Source: a virus
Virus record (IMG/VR): IMGVR_UViG_3300017971_000272
Coordinates: 1-64,000 of that record
Length of the DNA: 64,000 nt
Reading direction: 5' to 3' (one strand)
This document shows positions 36,803-48,182 of the stretch, in pieces. How positions within the stretch are numbered: the first letter of the stretch is position 1; every line of letters starts with the position of its first letter. The notes under the pieces are model-generated. The model did not search any database, was not told where the DNA came from, and was given only the letters and a program-made list of their open reading frames with translations. The position numbers were made by a program, and so were the translations under genes.

Positions 36803-38277
36803 TATTCTTCCTCATTAAGAATATCTTCAGGAACATCTTCCTCATCAGGCAATATAGTTTCTTCCTGTTCTTTAAATCTTGTATCAGCATCACTTTCTAT
36901 CAGTTCTTTCTCTTCTTCAATTGTGCGGTTATCTGGAAGCACTTCACCTTCTTTAAGTGAATATAGGAAAGTATCTTGACTTATCTCACCTGCCTGTAAT
37001 GTTTTTAATAATTCTGATATCATTTGAGGACTCATAGACTTATCAATAAAATCAGAGTTCATTTCCACAGAGGCTTGTTGATCTTTTATCATTAACCAAT
37101 TAGAACAATATTCAAGCACTTTTACCATTCCTTGGCTTATGCTCTGTGTGATATCTACTAATGTAGCTGTTTCTCCGCTTGTTCTTATTTTTAATGTCTC
37201 TGCTGCTTCTGCTGCTTTCTTTTGTTCTTCAAGGAGCCTTGCTCCTAATACAGCCATTTTCCTTTCCATGTTTTCCATCTCATTGGAGATGGCTCCCATA
37301 CCTTGACCTGTAAACTCGAGCATTCCTACCTTAGCATTACTATCTTTATTTCTAATTGATTTTCCAGGACCAACAGCTATCTTTTTACCTTCTTGGAAAC
37401 CTAAAAGATAAATAGTAGGTAATGCACAGTAATGAAGACCACTTCTATAATCTACATCAGTTCGCCAGTGAGCTATATTTAGAAACATAAGATCAAGCAA
37501 TGGAGGCTTATCAACATTCATTGTATTAGCATTAGGACCAAAACAAACAAATGGGATATAATTTAGTCTTTTTCCATTAATATTAGGATATGCTGTTAAC
37601 TTTCCAGGAACAACATCTACACGAACCCAAGCCTCTTCACTACTGCCTGTTTTGCTATCTAAAACAATTAGTTTCTTTTCCCATAGTTGTGTTACAAGAT
37701 ATCCATGTTCATCAAGATATAACTGTCTTACCCTCTCAACAGGTTCAAAACTATAAAGAGCATCATTACTTGGAATATATGCTGTTTCTTTTAATGTTAA
37801 ATAGGTAAGTTTAAGTTGACCATCAATTATACTTGTATTCCAATTTAATATCGATAAAGCATCATATTCAGAAAGAAATGGCATTTTAGTTTCTTGTGAA
37901 TAATCACAATATATACCATATCTACCATAAGCTAAAAGATTATATACAGTGTTTCTTATAACTGCATCAAATGTAAGTCCTTGCTGTGTAGACTGTTGGA
38001 GAAAAGGATTCATGCGTTCAGATACTTCTATAATCGGAGGCTTCCTCATTATAGCACCAGTAAAACCAGATACTGTTCTTGAAGTAGCACCATAAAAAGA
38101 ACCTCTACTGATATAAGTGAAATATTCTTCATCTTTTTGATCATCTAATTTAGGAACAAACCTTGTCCCCTTACTTTTCATTACTCGTTCGCCATCTATG
38201 ACATATGTCATATCTAACCAATCATCTTCTCTATCTTGATACTCATTATGGACATTATCCATAGTTAAATTTTCCAT
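36802..38277 (-). CDS. Portal protein (DUF4055-type)
   Basis: Y..RGSFY.ATSRT..G, LAYGRYG, YIPFV, KPPLLDL..LNIAHW..DYR..LH, MAVLGARL. Confidence 0.9.
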   Translation of the reverse strand: MENLTMDNVHNEYQDREDDWLDMTYVIDGERVMKSKGTRFVPKLDDQKDEEYFTYISRGSFYGATSRTVSGFTGAIMRKPPIIEVSERMNPFLQQSTQQGLTFDAVIRNTVYNLLAYGRYGIYCDYSQETKMPFLSEYDALSILNWNTSIIDGQLKLTYLTLKETAYIPSNDALYSFEPVERVRQLYLDEHGYLVTQLWEKKLIVLDSKTGSSEEAWVRVDVVPGKLTAYPNINGKRLNYIPFVCFGPNANTMNVDKPPLLDLMFLNIAHWRTDVDYRSGLHYCALPTIYLLGFQEGKKIAVGPGKSIRNKDSNAKVGMLEFTGQGMGAISNEMENMERKMAVLGARLLEEQKKAAEAAETLKIRTSGETATLVDITQSISQGMVKVLEYCSNWLMIKDQQASVEMNSDFIDKSMSPQMISELLKTLQAGEISQDTFLYSLKEGEVLPDNRTIEEEKELIESDADTRFKEQEETILPDEEDVPEDILNEEE

Positions 38278-38300
38278 GAATCCCTTTCTCCTCTTATTTT

Positions 38301-38690
38301 TTAATCTTCATTGCTTATTGTGATAGTAACTCTGCCAGATGGAACACTAATGATTACATCTGGTGTATTATCTAATGGAATGTTAGGTGGTACTACATAA
38401 GTAACCATATTAGATTTTAAACCTGCCCCATCACTATTATATGCAGCAACTCTAAAATCATATGATACTCCATATTGAAGGTTTAAATCAGTATTCAATG
38501 GATACTTAACTACATTATCTATTTTCTTGCTGTAATTATCTTCATGACCTGTTCTTGTATAATAAATGATATATCCTATTATACTTTCTTGATTGCTTTC
38601 AGGAGGGTCCCAACAGAGATAAGCTGTAGCATTAGCATCATTCAGAAATAGAGCAACTACAAGAGCATTCACAATCATCAGCTTTTTCAT
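38301..38690 (-). CDS. Secreted fibronectin type III domain protein
   Basis: Signal peptide; WDPP..GYIIYY..LQYGVSYDFRVAAYNSDG.GLKSN. Confidence 0.8.
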   Translation of the reverse strand: MKKLMIVNALVVALFLNDANATAYLCWDPPESNQESIIGYIIYYTRTGHEDNYSKKIDNVVKYPLNTDLNLQYGVSYDFRVAAYNSDGAGLKSNMVTYVVPPNIPLDNTPDVIISVPSGRVTITISNED

Positions 38691-38927
38691 TATCTTTTCC
38701 TTTCTCTTTGCATTTACAATCAGTACATTTACATTTCTTTTTCGGCATCAACATTTCTTTTAATTGATTTAGTTTGTTCATCTCCTTTTGTGGCAACTGA
38801 AAAAATCCCACTTTGTCCTCCTTTAAATTTAGTAGCAGCAGTGTAAATAAAATCCATCTTCCTTTCCAGTACATTTAGTTTATGCATAATATCATCTGCA
38901 TCAATACTCCGGCCATTATCCACTGTA

Positions 38928-39842
38928 TTACCTCCATACTCTCTTATATCGTTCGAAGTTCCATTTATTCAAAAACAACTCAGCAGCCTTTCTTCCAGAA
39001 TTGTACAGCATACATATTCTATCAGGTTTAATATCAAATTCAGTTGTGCCTACATCATATGTATCTATTTCTATTGTTCTTGCCCAATCATTGGACCCAA
39101 TATCTTTATCGATAGATGCCTCAAACATTGTATTTAATATAGCCAATCCAAAGGTTACAGGACCATCTATTTGATTAGGCTTACCATTACCATTACCAAC
39201 AAGCCTAAAACCAAATGTCGGCCATCTTGGAGATTGTGGAGAATCAAATAACCATACTGGATAATTGCTTGCTATTGCTCCATCAACTATATAGTTATCA
39301 TTTATAATGACAGGTTCAAAGAAATAGGGAATAGACATGGACATTCTTACAGCCTTAGCAACTGATAATTTATCAGGTTGTATTCCATAATAAACACTAT
39401 CTTGTGGCAATATCACTCTTCTTTGTGCTGTTATATCAGTTGCTATGCACTGGAATCTGTAATCCTCCCCATTCTTTAAATCAGCAAATGTATGTATTCC
39501 CTTATCTGCTAACTTATCTTTTATCCATTGCTCAAAGAACTCTCCTTCATATATCCCCTTATCAAATACTAAACTAACAAATGGTCCTATCAATGGGAGC
39601 TTATCCATAGTAGACTTATCTCTGAACTCATCATATGGTATGTTACAGATTATATCACTGAGTTCTTTGCCTGAATATCCAGATGCTAAAAGAGATGCTA
39701 TGATAGCTCCAGCAGAAGTGCCAGCTACATTATTAAAATAATATCCCCTGCTTTCCAGATAATGAACAGCACCAGTAAAAGCTATTCCTCTAACTCCACC
39801 ACCTTCAAATACAGCATCACATTTTTTATTTTGGATTTTCAT
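38928..39842 (-). CDS. Patatin-like phospholipase
   Basis: EGGGVRG, GTSAG nucleophile, AVRMSMSIPYFFEP, VDGA catalytic Asp. Confidence 0.92.
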   Translation of the reverse strand: MKIQNKKCDAVFEGGGVRGIAFTGAVHYLESRGYYFNNVAGTSAGAIIASLLASGYSGKELSDIICNIPYDEFRDKSTMDKLPLIGPFVSLVFDKGIYEGEFFEQWIKDKLADKGIHTFADLKNGEDYRFQCIATDITAQRRVILPQDSVYYGIQPDKLSVAKAVRMSMSIPYFFEPVIINDNYIVDGAIASNYPVWLFDSPQSPRWPTFGFRLVGNGNGKPNQIDGPVTFGLAILNTMFEASIDKDIGSNDWARTIEIDTYDVGTTEFDIKPDRICMLYNSGRKAAELFLNKWNFERYKRVWR

Positions 39843-39856
39843 ATCACACCTAACTT

Positions 39857-40162
39857 TTAATCTATTTCAATATATTTTCTACCATCAGATAATAGCAGAG
39901 TGTTTAAAGCAATATATGGATCTTCAAAATCATTATCACATTTTAATTTTATAATAGTATCATCAGATAAATCTTTTATGTACTCTTTTAATTGCTTAAT
40001 GCACTTAATCTTAGTAGGTGTGATTGCCTTGTTATCTATACTCTGTACAGCATTACACATGAGATTCATCATATCTTTTGGATCTTTGATACCTGTAGCT
40101 ACCATTTTTATATTCCTCATTGTTTGTATTTTGATGTTAAGGGATCTTTTGTATTTTTTCAA
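39857..40162 (-). CDS. Hypothetical protein
   Basis: ORF co-oriented with neighbours. Confidence 0.5.
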   Translation of the reverse strand: MKKYKRSLNIKIQTMRNIKMVATGIKDPKDMMNLMCNAVQSIDNKAITPTKIKCIKQLKEYIKDLSDDTIIKLKCDNDFEDPYIALNTLLLSDGRKYIEID

Positions 40163-40373
40163 TTAATAAATTATTTGTCTTTTCTTATTATGTCAAAGTA
40201 ACTAAAAAAGTCTTTTAATCTTAGCTCTAATAGCTCCATAAAAAATATCATATGATTTAGTTTTATTTTAGTGCCTTTCTTTATAAGAATATCTTCTTTG
40301 ATGATGATATATAGTAATTGATCATTTTGTTTTTTCATATTCAGTCCAGTAGTTGAGATCAGGTTGAGGTATA

Positions 40374-40727
40374 TTAATCATCTATATCTACAAAATTACT
40401 ATGTACAGTTCCACATTCACAACATACATATCCTTCCTCTGTCATGTATCCAACAAAAGCTCCACAATTACATCTATATATTATATCTCCTGCTTTTGGA
40501 AGAAATGGATATGTAAAAAATCCTTTATATGATTTACATTCGGGACATTCAAATATTAATGGATACTCTATATCTCTATTTGGATCTTCAATAAATACTG
40601 AGGCAGTCCATTTATGTTGACAATGTTGACAATGTACTTCACCAATCACATTCTTACTACTTTTGTAATCTTCAATGTATCTTACATTATTAGGTTCCAT
40701 ACACTTTTTGCTCATAACTATCCTCAC
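40374..40727 (-). CDS. Double Zn-ribbon protein
   Basis: CQHC..ECPEC..CNCG..CCECG. Confidence 0.65.
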   Translation of the reverse strand: MRIVMSKKCMEPNNVRYIEDYKSSKNVIGEVHCQHCQHKWTASVFIEDPNRDIEYPLIFECPECKSYKGFFTYPFLPKAGDIIYRCNCGAFVGYMTEEGYVCCECGTVHSNFVDIDD

Positions 40728-42036
40728 TTACAATTGGGAATTCTTCATGACAGTAATATCCAATAGCATCAGTTAAATGTGTTAATTCTAAATCTGACTT
40801 ATCAATTTCACCTGCTGATCCCTCAAGTACTTTAACACCTTCAAAGTCCTTCACTGTTCTTGGGGCCTTTGTTGGATCAATTAACAATCTAACTGTCTTA
40901 TCTAAAGAACATAATCTTGAATTCAATGCATTCACTCTATCTCTTACAGGAGGATTGCCTGGACTTACATTTAGTCTAAATCTGTTGAATCCAAAACGTG
41001 ATCCTAATTTCTGATGTATTAAATCCCAATCAGATCCAAGAACACTTGCTGATCCACCATGTCCTCCTGTAGCATCACCATAAGCATATATTTTACCCTG
41101 ATGCCCTCCCCAATCTTGAATAATCCTATCGCATACAAGTAATGTATTACTATGCTTTGGAATATACACTTCTCCTATCACACAAGTAATAGAATCATTA
41201 TAACTATCCTCCATTGGGAACTCTTGACATATTATAGCTACTCCTGGAGATACATTAAAGTCAAAACAAAGTATCAAATCCCCATTAGGATCATAATCAA
41301 CTCTTTCTAAGTTATATCTTTCATCATAAGCATGATATAGTCTGCCAGCAAATAAAACAAAAGAACCCTCCATTTCTTGCTGATAAATTAATGGATCTAA
41401 AGTATGTTTATAATGTTTTATTTGTTCTTCTGATAATATTTCGGAAGATTTCCAAGTGAATCTTCCCCATAAATTTAATGGATCACTTTCTGCAGCTTTC
41501 CATAAATCATAATAATGATTTCTTCCTTCAGGGACCCCTATGAAATCACAAGTGCCATTCCTATCAGCTAATGCTGGCATTACATGCTCTTGCCATACCT
41601 TAGACTTCATATTAGCGTATTCATCAAGCACTATATGATCCCAAGGGGACCCTTCTATGCGTTGAGGTTTATCCATACCATGTAGCCATATCTCAGGCCC
41701 ATGTAATAGCTTTATAAACAAAGCCTGTTCAGATATTTTTTTTATTAGTTTGGGATTAATGATTTGTTTTAAATCATCCCAATAAATACGTTTCACTTGA
41801 TCTCTTGTTGGAGCGCATATGCCAACTTTATAATCAAGTACTCTTCTTCCTGCCTTACTAATACCTCTAATGGCTTTTAATACAGCTTTCCTTTTACCTG
41901 CCAGCTCAGTTTTTCCTGATCTTCTTCCTGAGGGAATTATGTTAAATCTATAAGGAGAGGTCCAGTATTCCGCCTGTACTGGATGATGCCTTAATGGATA
42001 CATTCTTTCAGTCACAATATCTGAACCTAACATCAT
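40690..42036 (-). CDS. terL: Terminase large subunit
   Basis: Walker A SGRRSGKT, Walker B IVLDE, G.PEGRNHYY, nuclease DFNVSP and THLTDAIGY. Confidence 0.93.
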   Translation of the reverse strand: MMLGSDIVTERMYPLRHHPVQAEYWTSPYRFNIIPSGRRSGKTELAGKRKAVLKAIRGISKAGRRVLDYKVGICAPTRDQVKRIYWDDLKQIINPKLIKKISEQALFIKLLHGPEIWLHGMDKPQRIEGSPWDHIVLDEYANMKSKVWQEHVMPALADRNGTCDFIGVPEGRNHYYDLWKAAESDPLNLWGRFTWKSSEILSEEQIKHYKHTLDPLIYQQEMEGSFVLFAGRLYHAYDERYNLERVDYDPNGDLILCFDFNVSPGVAIICQEFPMEDSYNDSITCVIGEVYIPKHSNTLLVCDRIIQDWGGHQGKIYAYGDATGGHGGSASVLGSDWDLIHQKLGSRFGFNRFRLNVSPGNPPVRDRVNALNSRLCSLDKTVRLLIDPTKAPRTVKDFEGVKVLEGSAGEIDKSDLELTHLTDAIGYYCHEEFPIVSEDSYEQKVYGT

Positions 42037-42039
42037 ATA

Positions 42040-42645
42040 TTATCTATTCTCCTTATTCACTGCCTCTGTGTTAAAATAAAATAACATAGTATCCTTATCT
42101 TCCATCTCACCTGTTTCTACATTCTGTGTTTGCATTATTTGATTTTCAAATAACAATATGTTTTCTTGAGATAGTTCTTTTAAACAATGAGCTACTATAC
42201 CATCATTGGAATGATGCTCTATTACTTGCTTTACATTATCTTCTGTCAGTTTAACAGTTGGATTACCTTTGAATAAAGATGTTATTCTTTTCTTAGTATC
42301 ATCTATTTTTACATTCCTTTTAAATTCTTCTACCTGCTGCATGTTGTTTTGGAATCTGTCTTGTTTGTCTTGTTGATCGTTATTATCTTGATTAGATTGT
42401 TGTGGCTGCTGTGGAGTTTGATTTTGGGATAGCATAGCATCAAACTGATCCTGCACTGTTTTTTTATACATATCTAATCTATATTGCTGTAACTTTTCAT
42501 TAGCTATCAGTATCTCATTAGATATTTCATTTGCTCTAACTGATAGATCCGTCATGGACATAGATCTATTATTTCTATTCTTATACAGTTCTTTTAACTT
42601 ATTTACCTGTTCTCTTATATAGTCCATTTGTTTTTCCTTTGTCAC
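42040..42645 (-). CDS. Gln/Asn-rich coiled-coil hypothetical protein
   Basis: Long ORF coupled to terL. Confidence 0.65.
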   Translation of the reverse strand: MTKEKQMDYIREQVNKLKELYKNRNNRSMSMTDLSVRANEISNEILIANEKLQQYRLDMYKKTVQDQFDAMLSQNQTPQQPQQSNQDNNDQQDKQDRFQNNMQQVEEFKRNVKIDDTKKRITSLFKGNPTVKLTEDNVKQVIEHHSNDGIVAHCLKELSQENILLFENQIMQTQNVETGEMEDKDTMLFYFNTEAVNKENR

Positions 42646-44644
42646 TCATTATTGGTTACAGTTGTTTCATATGTGCTACATTCTCCATCTAAGTTAACAG
42701 TAACTTGTTTAAACTGGCATGTTCCCGAATAGGAATCATTAAATCTACAGTCGCGTGCTTTACATATTAATATAGTTCTTGTAGTGACAGCATTTATCTG
42801 ATTCTTCCATATATAATCTGACAATGTTTTTCTCCTTGGATTAGTTAATATATTACTAATGATCATGGGATATATGATCATTAGTATTCTCATTAAAGGT
42901 TTCTTCTATCATTTCTTGCACACATTGATCACATATATCAGGTCTTCCATAATAAGTGGTATATGCTACAGTTTTTTCTTTCTTACAAAGCAAACACATA
43001 ATAGTTGAAACCATTTTCATAATTCTAATCCTTATTATTTATTTCATCAGCTATACTATTTATTAAAGTATCTCTGTCTACTACTGTTAATTCATTCTTA
43101 TGTAGCTCTCTCTTAATGCCAGTTTTAATATGAGTAACTCTAATACCAGTAATTCTATTATGATCTCCAGTAACTTTAACATCGAATTCACCTATGGGTA
43201 ATTTTGTAAATCTCATATCAGCTTCAGCTCCTTTTCAGATGTAAGTGTGATAATAATAAGTTTACATGGTCTGTTCTTTAAAAAACTGATTCACCTCCTT
43301 ATCTATTTCCTTTATCATTTTATAACAGGTTTCTTGAAATGTACCTACTATCAGTTCACATTTAATAATGCCAGTTGGGATATGAACAATCTCAACTGCA
43401 TGATTCATTATTTGCTTATCATAATATTTTTCAATTACTAAATCCCTTCTTCCTTCCACTGTATATTTTTTATTTTTTCTTAATACGTTCATGTCCCATC
43501 TCCATGTTATAAGAATATACTGTTTTCTTAAACATGGAGATAGCTGCTTTGATATCTTTTAATGGGAAACTCAAAGCATACAACTTATCTCCATGTTTAT
43601 TTATAATAACACCTTCAGGAATTTTTATCTGTGTACGGGTAATCTTATTAGTAAACCATCTTGGCCTTTTCTCTATATGAACATATTGATTAGCTATACC
43701 AGTGTAGATTCTATCAGGAAAGGAGATCATAATAATTTCAGTGTTAATCTTAAAATCAACTATTTCTTTTTTACCAAGTATCTGATCTATTAATTTAGAT
43801 AACATATTGACCTATAGTCTCTGTGTTTATAATATTAACTTTAACATCAAGAACATTACCTATGACTTGAGAAATATAACAATCATCGCATACAAATAGC
43901 CATCCTATCAATTGCCCTGCATTGTTTCTAACAGGCACTTGTCTTGCTGTTTCATTTGATCCACATTGGAAACAGGTAATGGATAATGTGTTTCCTTTGC
44001 TTGGGGATATTATATTTGTACACATATGTAATTCCTTATTTACTATGATATGCTATAAAGTTTTCTTTAAGTTGTTTGTAATCTTTTTCAAACAACATAT
44101 AATCACTGTACTTGATCTGCATTAAACCTATCCCACTTTCTATAATTATAGTATGCTCTGTATCTTTTCCCATCCTTTTATATAGGGACATCTCAACAGC
44201 CTGTATATTGCTATATGGGATATTTGTAATGATAGTTTGCTGAGTGTCCCAATCAGTGATTATCTTTTCAATGCAGACATATGATGCATGATGACTTTGT
44301 ATTTGGGTAAGTATGCTAAAAGAAGGACGAGTGCATCCAGTTACAAAACTTTTAAACTCTTCCCATAATCCCATATCATACCTCTTCTTCATTGTTTATT
44401 GTTTTGGAAACATTATTCCTCTACCATGGAGTTCTTGTACTAAATGATGATATGCTTTAAATAAGATGTTAAGAGCAAATTTAATATCTGTGCCTGTATC
44501 AAGATAAACAAATACATCAGCATATATCTGCACTTTCTTGTATTGATGATTATCATCATCAATACAACATACAAAAGTATCTCCTGATTCAGTTCTATAT
44601 TTACCATCTAATGGACCACCTAAAACTAAATAAACATCTTCCAT
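42642..44644 (-). other. Cluster of small hypothetical ORFs (42642-42893, 43025-43216, 43262-43492, 43470-43805, 43795-44025, 44036-44392, 44396-44644)
   Basis: Tightly packed co-oriented ORFs. Two carry a peptide-release-factor-like I.VTHI.TGI motif, two are Cys-rich. Confidence 0.6.
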
Positions 44645-45115
44645 TTAAAACTCCCATTGTGTTATCTTAAGATATTCTAAATTCAAATAACTTTTATAGG
44701 CTTTGTCTGTTAATAACTTAACAGACAACTCATCTGGATATTCATCAATGTACATTATCTTTCTTGGATGACAATTAACTAACATCTTGGCACATATGAA
44801 ACATGGCTGTGTAGATATGTAGAAATCACATCCTTTTAGATTAACACCACTTGTAGCTGCTTGAATAATCACATTCTGTTCTGCATGTAATGCCATACAT
44901 ACTTCATGCTGTTGTCCAGATGGGATATTGTTCTTTTCTCTGTAACATTCTATACAATGATCAATTCCGGATGGTGGTCCATTATATCCTGTTGCAAGTA
45001 TCCTGTTATCTCTTACAGCTAATGCAGCTATATGTCTTCTTAAACAAGTTGATCTATTGGATACCTGATTAAGAATGTTAAAAAAATAAGTGTCCCATGA
45101 TTGCCTATTCATCAT
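44645..45115 (-). CDS. dCMP deaminase
   Basis: RSTCLRR..ATGYNG.P, LHAEQN, PCFIC. Confidence 0.92.
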   Translation of the reverse strand: MMNRQSWDTYFFNILNQVSNRSTCLRRHIAALAVRDNRILATGYNGPPSGIDHCIECYREKNNIPSGQQHEVCMALHAEQNVIIQAATSGVNLKGCDFYISTQPCFICAKMLVNCHPRKIMYIDEYPDELSVKLLTDKAYKSYLNLEYLKITQWEF

Positions 45116-45554
45116 TGTTATCCTTCACATCAATAATGTTAAGTATCTTATCTATCATCATCTCAAGTATCCCAATTACAGTTAATATCTCTACCCTGTC
45201 TATTCCATAGGGTTCAATAATATCTCCTGTAACTGTACTGTTTAAAATCTCCTTAGCCATAGATAGCTTGATCTGATTCCCTACCTTTATATATTCATCA
45301 CCATTCATAATTAATCCTTATTCATCTATATAATCTTCTGTGTTATGAAATTGTAAATGGGGATCATTTTCATTTATATTATATACAACAATAACTGTTC
45401 CTGAATAATCTGTGTACTCTTGATTAATTATTAAATCATCTGGAAGGTTTTTGATAACTTCTTTTAGTTCTCCAATTGTTTTTGCAATAACTGGAAAGTC
45501 TGGTTCTTTAACATTATAAAACTTTTTTGGAATAACTTTTTTATCCATTATCAT
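45105..45554 (-). other. Two small hypothetical ORFs (45105-45308, 45318-45554)
   Basis: Co-oriented with SD-like sequences. Confidence 0.55.
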
Positions 45555-45772
45555 CTCCCTGTTTTCTTGTGTTGATTATATACTTAACTTTAATCACTAT
45601 TGGATGAGCATGTCCTAAACATCCCGTTATTGGTTGTATATCATGAGTATCAATAAATGTTCCTACATACTTTTCATTATGATCACATAACCAGTCTTTT
45701 CTTATAAGTGATATACGATCAAAGTTATTATCTACTATTATAACTTTATCATCTTCATATAGTATCTTCACT

Positions 45773-46483
45773 TTAATCTCCAACTGCCTTATCATCATTA
45801 TAATCTTCTGGATGCAATGGAACACTATTAAATAACTGTTCTGCTTGATCACGTATCATCATAGCTGTGTTCTGTATATCCTCTTCACTACTCTTATATG
45901 TTTCCTTGAATCTCATTAACTCTATGATTAGTTCTAAAGCCTTTAGTTTATCCCATGTTCTTAGTTTTTTAAGAAAGAAACTATTCATCTTAATATCTTT
46001 CTCTTCACCTGTTACTGGATCTTTATTCTTAGGATTAAAGTTGAACTCAACTACTGATATAGCTTTAGCAGTGATATCATCAAGCTCCCACAGATTCTTA
46101 ATGTGATTATCAAAATTAAACAGATTACGTACATCGAAATCAACAATGGCTTTTAGATGCTCTATAACCCACTCAAATGTGATATCTCCTTTCTCTTGAT
46201 ATCTCTTAATCCGCTTATTCTCTTGCTGTTGTAATCTATACTGTACATTAGGCATATTATGCACATGATGAGCCTGTATCCTTCCAGCAACATCTCTGGA
46301 CTTACCACCAGCATTTAAATAGGCTTCATACTGACTACAATTAGGATGAGCAAGCTTATACTGTACATATCCTTTCTGTAGTTTAGTTAAAGGTTTCAAA
46401 TGAGGTTCACAATTAGGTTCACCTTTCTTCCGACTTTTTTTTGCTAATTTCTGTTCTTTGAATTTTGTTCGTTTTCTAACCAA
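45773..46483 (-). CDS. terS: Terminase small subunit
   Basis: LTKLQ..Y..AY..AG HTH, V...LKAI..D.R.LF, KLRTWDKLKALEL; TTG start. Confidence 0.8.
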   Translation of the reverse strand: MVRKRTKFKEQKLAKKSRKKGEPNCEPHLKPLTKLQKGYVQYKLAHPNCSQYEAYLNAGGKSRDVAGRIQAHHVHNMPNVQYRLQQQENKRIKRYQEKGDITFEWVIEHLKAIVDFDVRNLFNFDNHIKNLWELDDITAKAISVVEFNFNPKNKDPVTGEEKDIKMNSFFLKKLRTWDKLKALELIIELMRFKETYKSSEEDIQNTAMMIRDQAEQLFNSVPLHPEDYNDDKAVGD

Positions 46484-46644
46484 TTTTCTAACCTTTCTTT
46501 TAGGATTTTTAATCTCAGGTTAAGGTTATTTCATTGGAAAGTCAATTATTGTATTAATACCTAATATCCCTTAATGCTTTTTATTAATATGAAACAGGTA
46601 ATACTAATAATATACCATAATGATTTTTATCAATATAATTCACA

Positions 46645-46865
46645 TAAAAAAAGGGATAATGATGGTCGTTTAAATCATTATCCCTTTTGACGCCTACTTG
46701 TAATACCTTCTGTGTATCCTGCAAAATATGGTATGTATGTTAAATTATAAATTATAGGATCTTTTATTTTATGATCCGCATATGTGATCCTCCTTATTTT
46801 TGAAGTTAGTTTTTTATCTTATTATCCTTGCTTATGATAGTGAGAAAGAACTCCTCACTTATTTA
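46645..46865 (-). ncRNA. Candidate stand-alone small RNA (about 220 nt)
   Basis: Promoter TTGACT(46895-46900)-N18-TAAAAT(46871-46876) with TGn; ends in a 15-bp hairpin plus U-tract; no substantial ORF; seven GGA motifs. Confidence 0.5.
46646..46688 (-). terminator. Rho-independent terminator
   Basis: AAAAGGGATAATGAT / ATCATTATCCCTTTT stem followed by a U run. Confidence 0.85.
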
Positions 46866-46912
46866 ACTGTATTTTACCATTTTAAATAGTGGTAAGTCAA
46901 TTGTTTTATCAT

Positions 46913-48182
46913 TTATTTTTTATAATATGGACTTTCTGGATCTTTATCTAAAAAACGAACATGATCTGCTAAACAGATATCTACTTTTCCATTAGGCCAT
47001 TCAAAAATAGCAATACTATAAATACCATTCACATATTCATGTTCTTCATAATCTAAGCCCCATTCATGGAAAATAGCTACTACATCTATTTCGACAAATT
47101 CCATTTTATCTTTGTTCCATTTCTTTACTTTAATTGGACGTCCATAATTTGGATTAGGTTTATGCATGTCTATAGTATCCTTCCTATCAATGGGGTTTGT
47201 TATTATCTTACTTTGATAAATCTTCCTTTACACCAGTTATTTTTAAACCATTAACAGATGTTGTTATTTTAGTGTCTGGATATACAAACAAAATACGATC
47301 AATTACAACCTTAAGATAATTATGTTCATTGGATAATTCTGATTTCAATGTAACATTATCTTCATGTATAGTTATTTTCATTGTTCCTCTATTGTGTATG
47401 TTACTGAATGATATAAATCCAGCTCTACATTAAAAACAGATGTTAAATGATTAACAACATAATTAGGATTATCCTGTAACCATTGGTTAGTTTTGTTTTC
47501 AAGATCTTCAAGCGATGAGCCATTAAATATTTTTATTCTTTGTTTGTTTCGTTTTTTACTGCTGTGAAGGAGCCAATATTTAAAATGTGCTTTAGTTATG
47601 GCTTCGCCGCATTCTCCCCATTGTCCAATATAGCAAGGAGTGAATGGATGCATTTTAAATATACCGCCTTTATAGCCTTCCATTTTAACATCTACACATG
47701 ATTTTGCATGTTCAAGCATGTCTGATATCTTGGCTTCAGGTAGTGGTTTAAATGCTAAATTATCATAACTTCCTCTATCACTATGTCCTGAACCAAATCC
47801 ATCCTTTACGATCATTTCAGGATCTTGTTTTTCTAACCAATCAATTAAATATTCCAGTGTTACTTTTGATATCATTTCAGTAATCCTCCATACATGATAC
47901 ATCAAAGATTATGTTAATTTATTAAATTGGATACTTTTTACCCTGCATGTTTTTCTTATAATATCTATTTGCGGATCTTGCATGTTCACGTTCCCAAACA
48001 CAATGAGGTATGTTTTTTGCCGGAAGATTTGGTTTTTTAAGTTTTACTGGATTATTATTACCCTCAAATGCAAAACGTTCTCCTGTTGACAGATATCCCT
48101 TACATACCTTTCTAACGAATCCACTTGAATAAAATCCTCTTGAACCTATTTTATAAAGATCTTGCAGCCATATTTTAAACAT
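46913..48182 (-). other. Hypothetical ORFs 46913-47167, 47378-47905, 47922-48182
   Basis: Co-oriented. 47378 has the common phage HSDRGSY..LAF..EGYKGG.F.M motif. Confidence 0.6.

Noticed and set aside
38928-39842. Complete CBASS-like defence system around the patatin
   Set aside because: No CD-NTase or other partner is adjacent. The possible nucleotidyltransferase at 54719 is distant and weakly supported.
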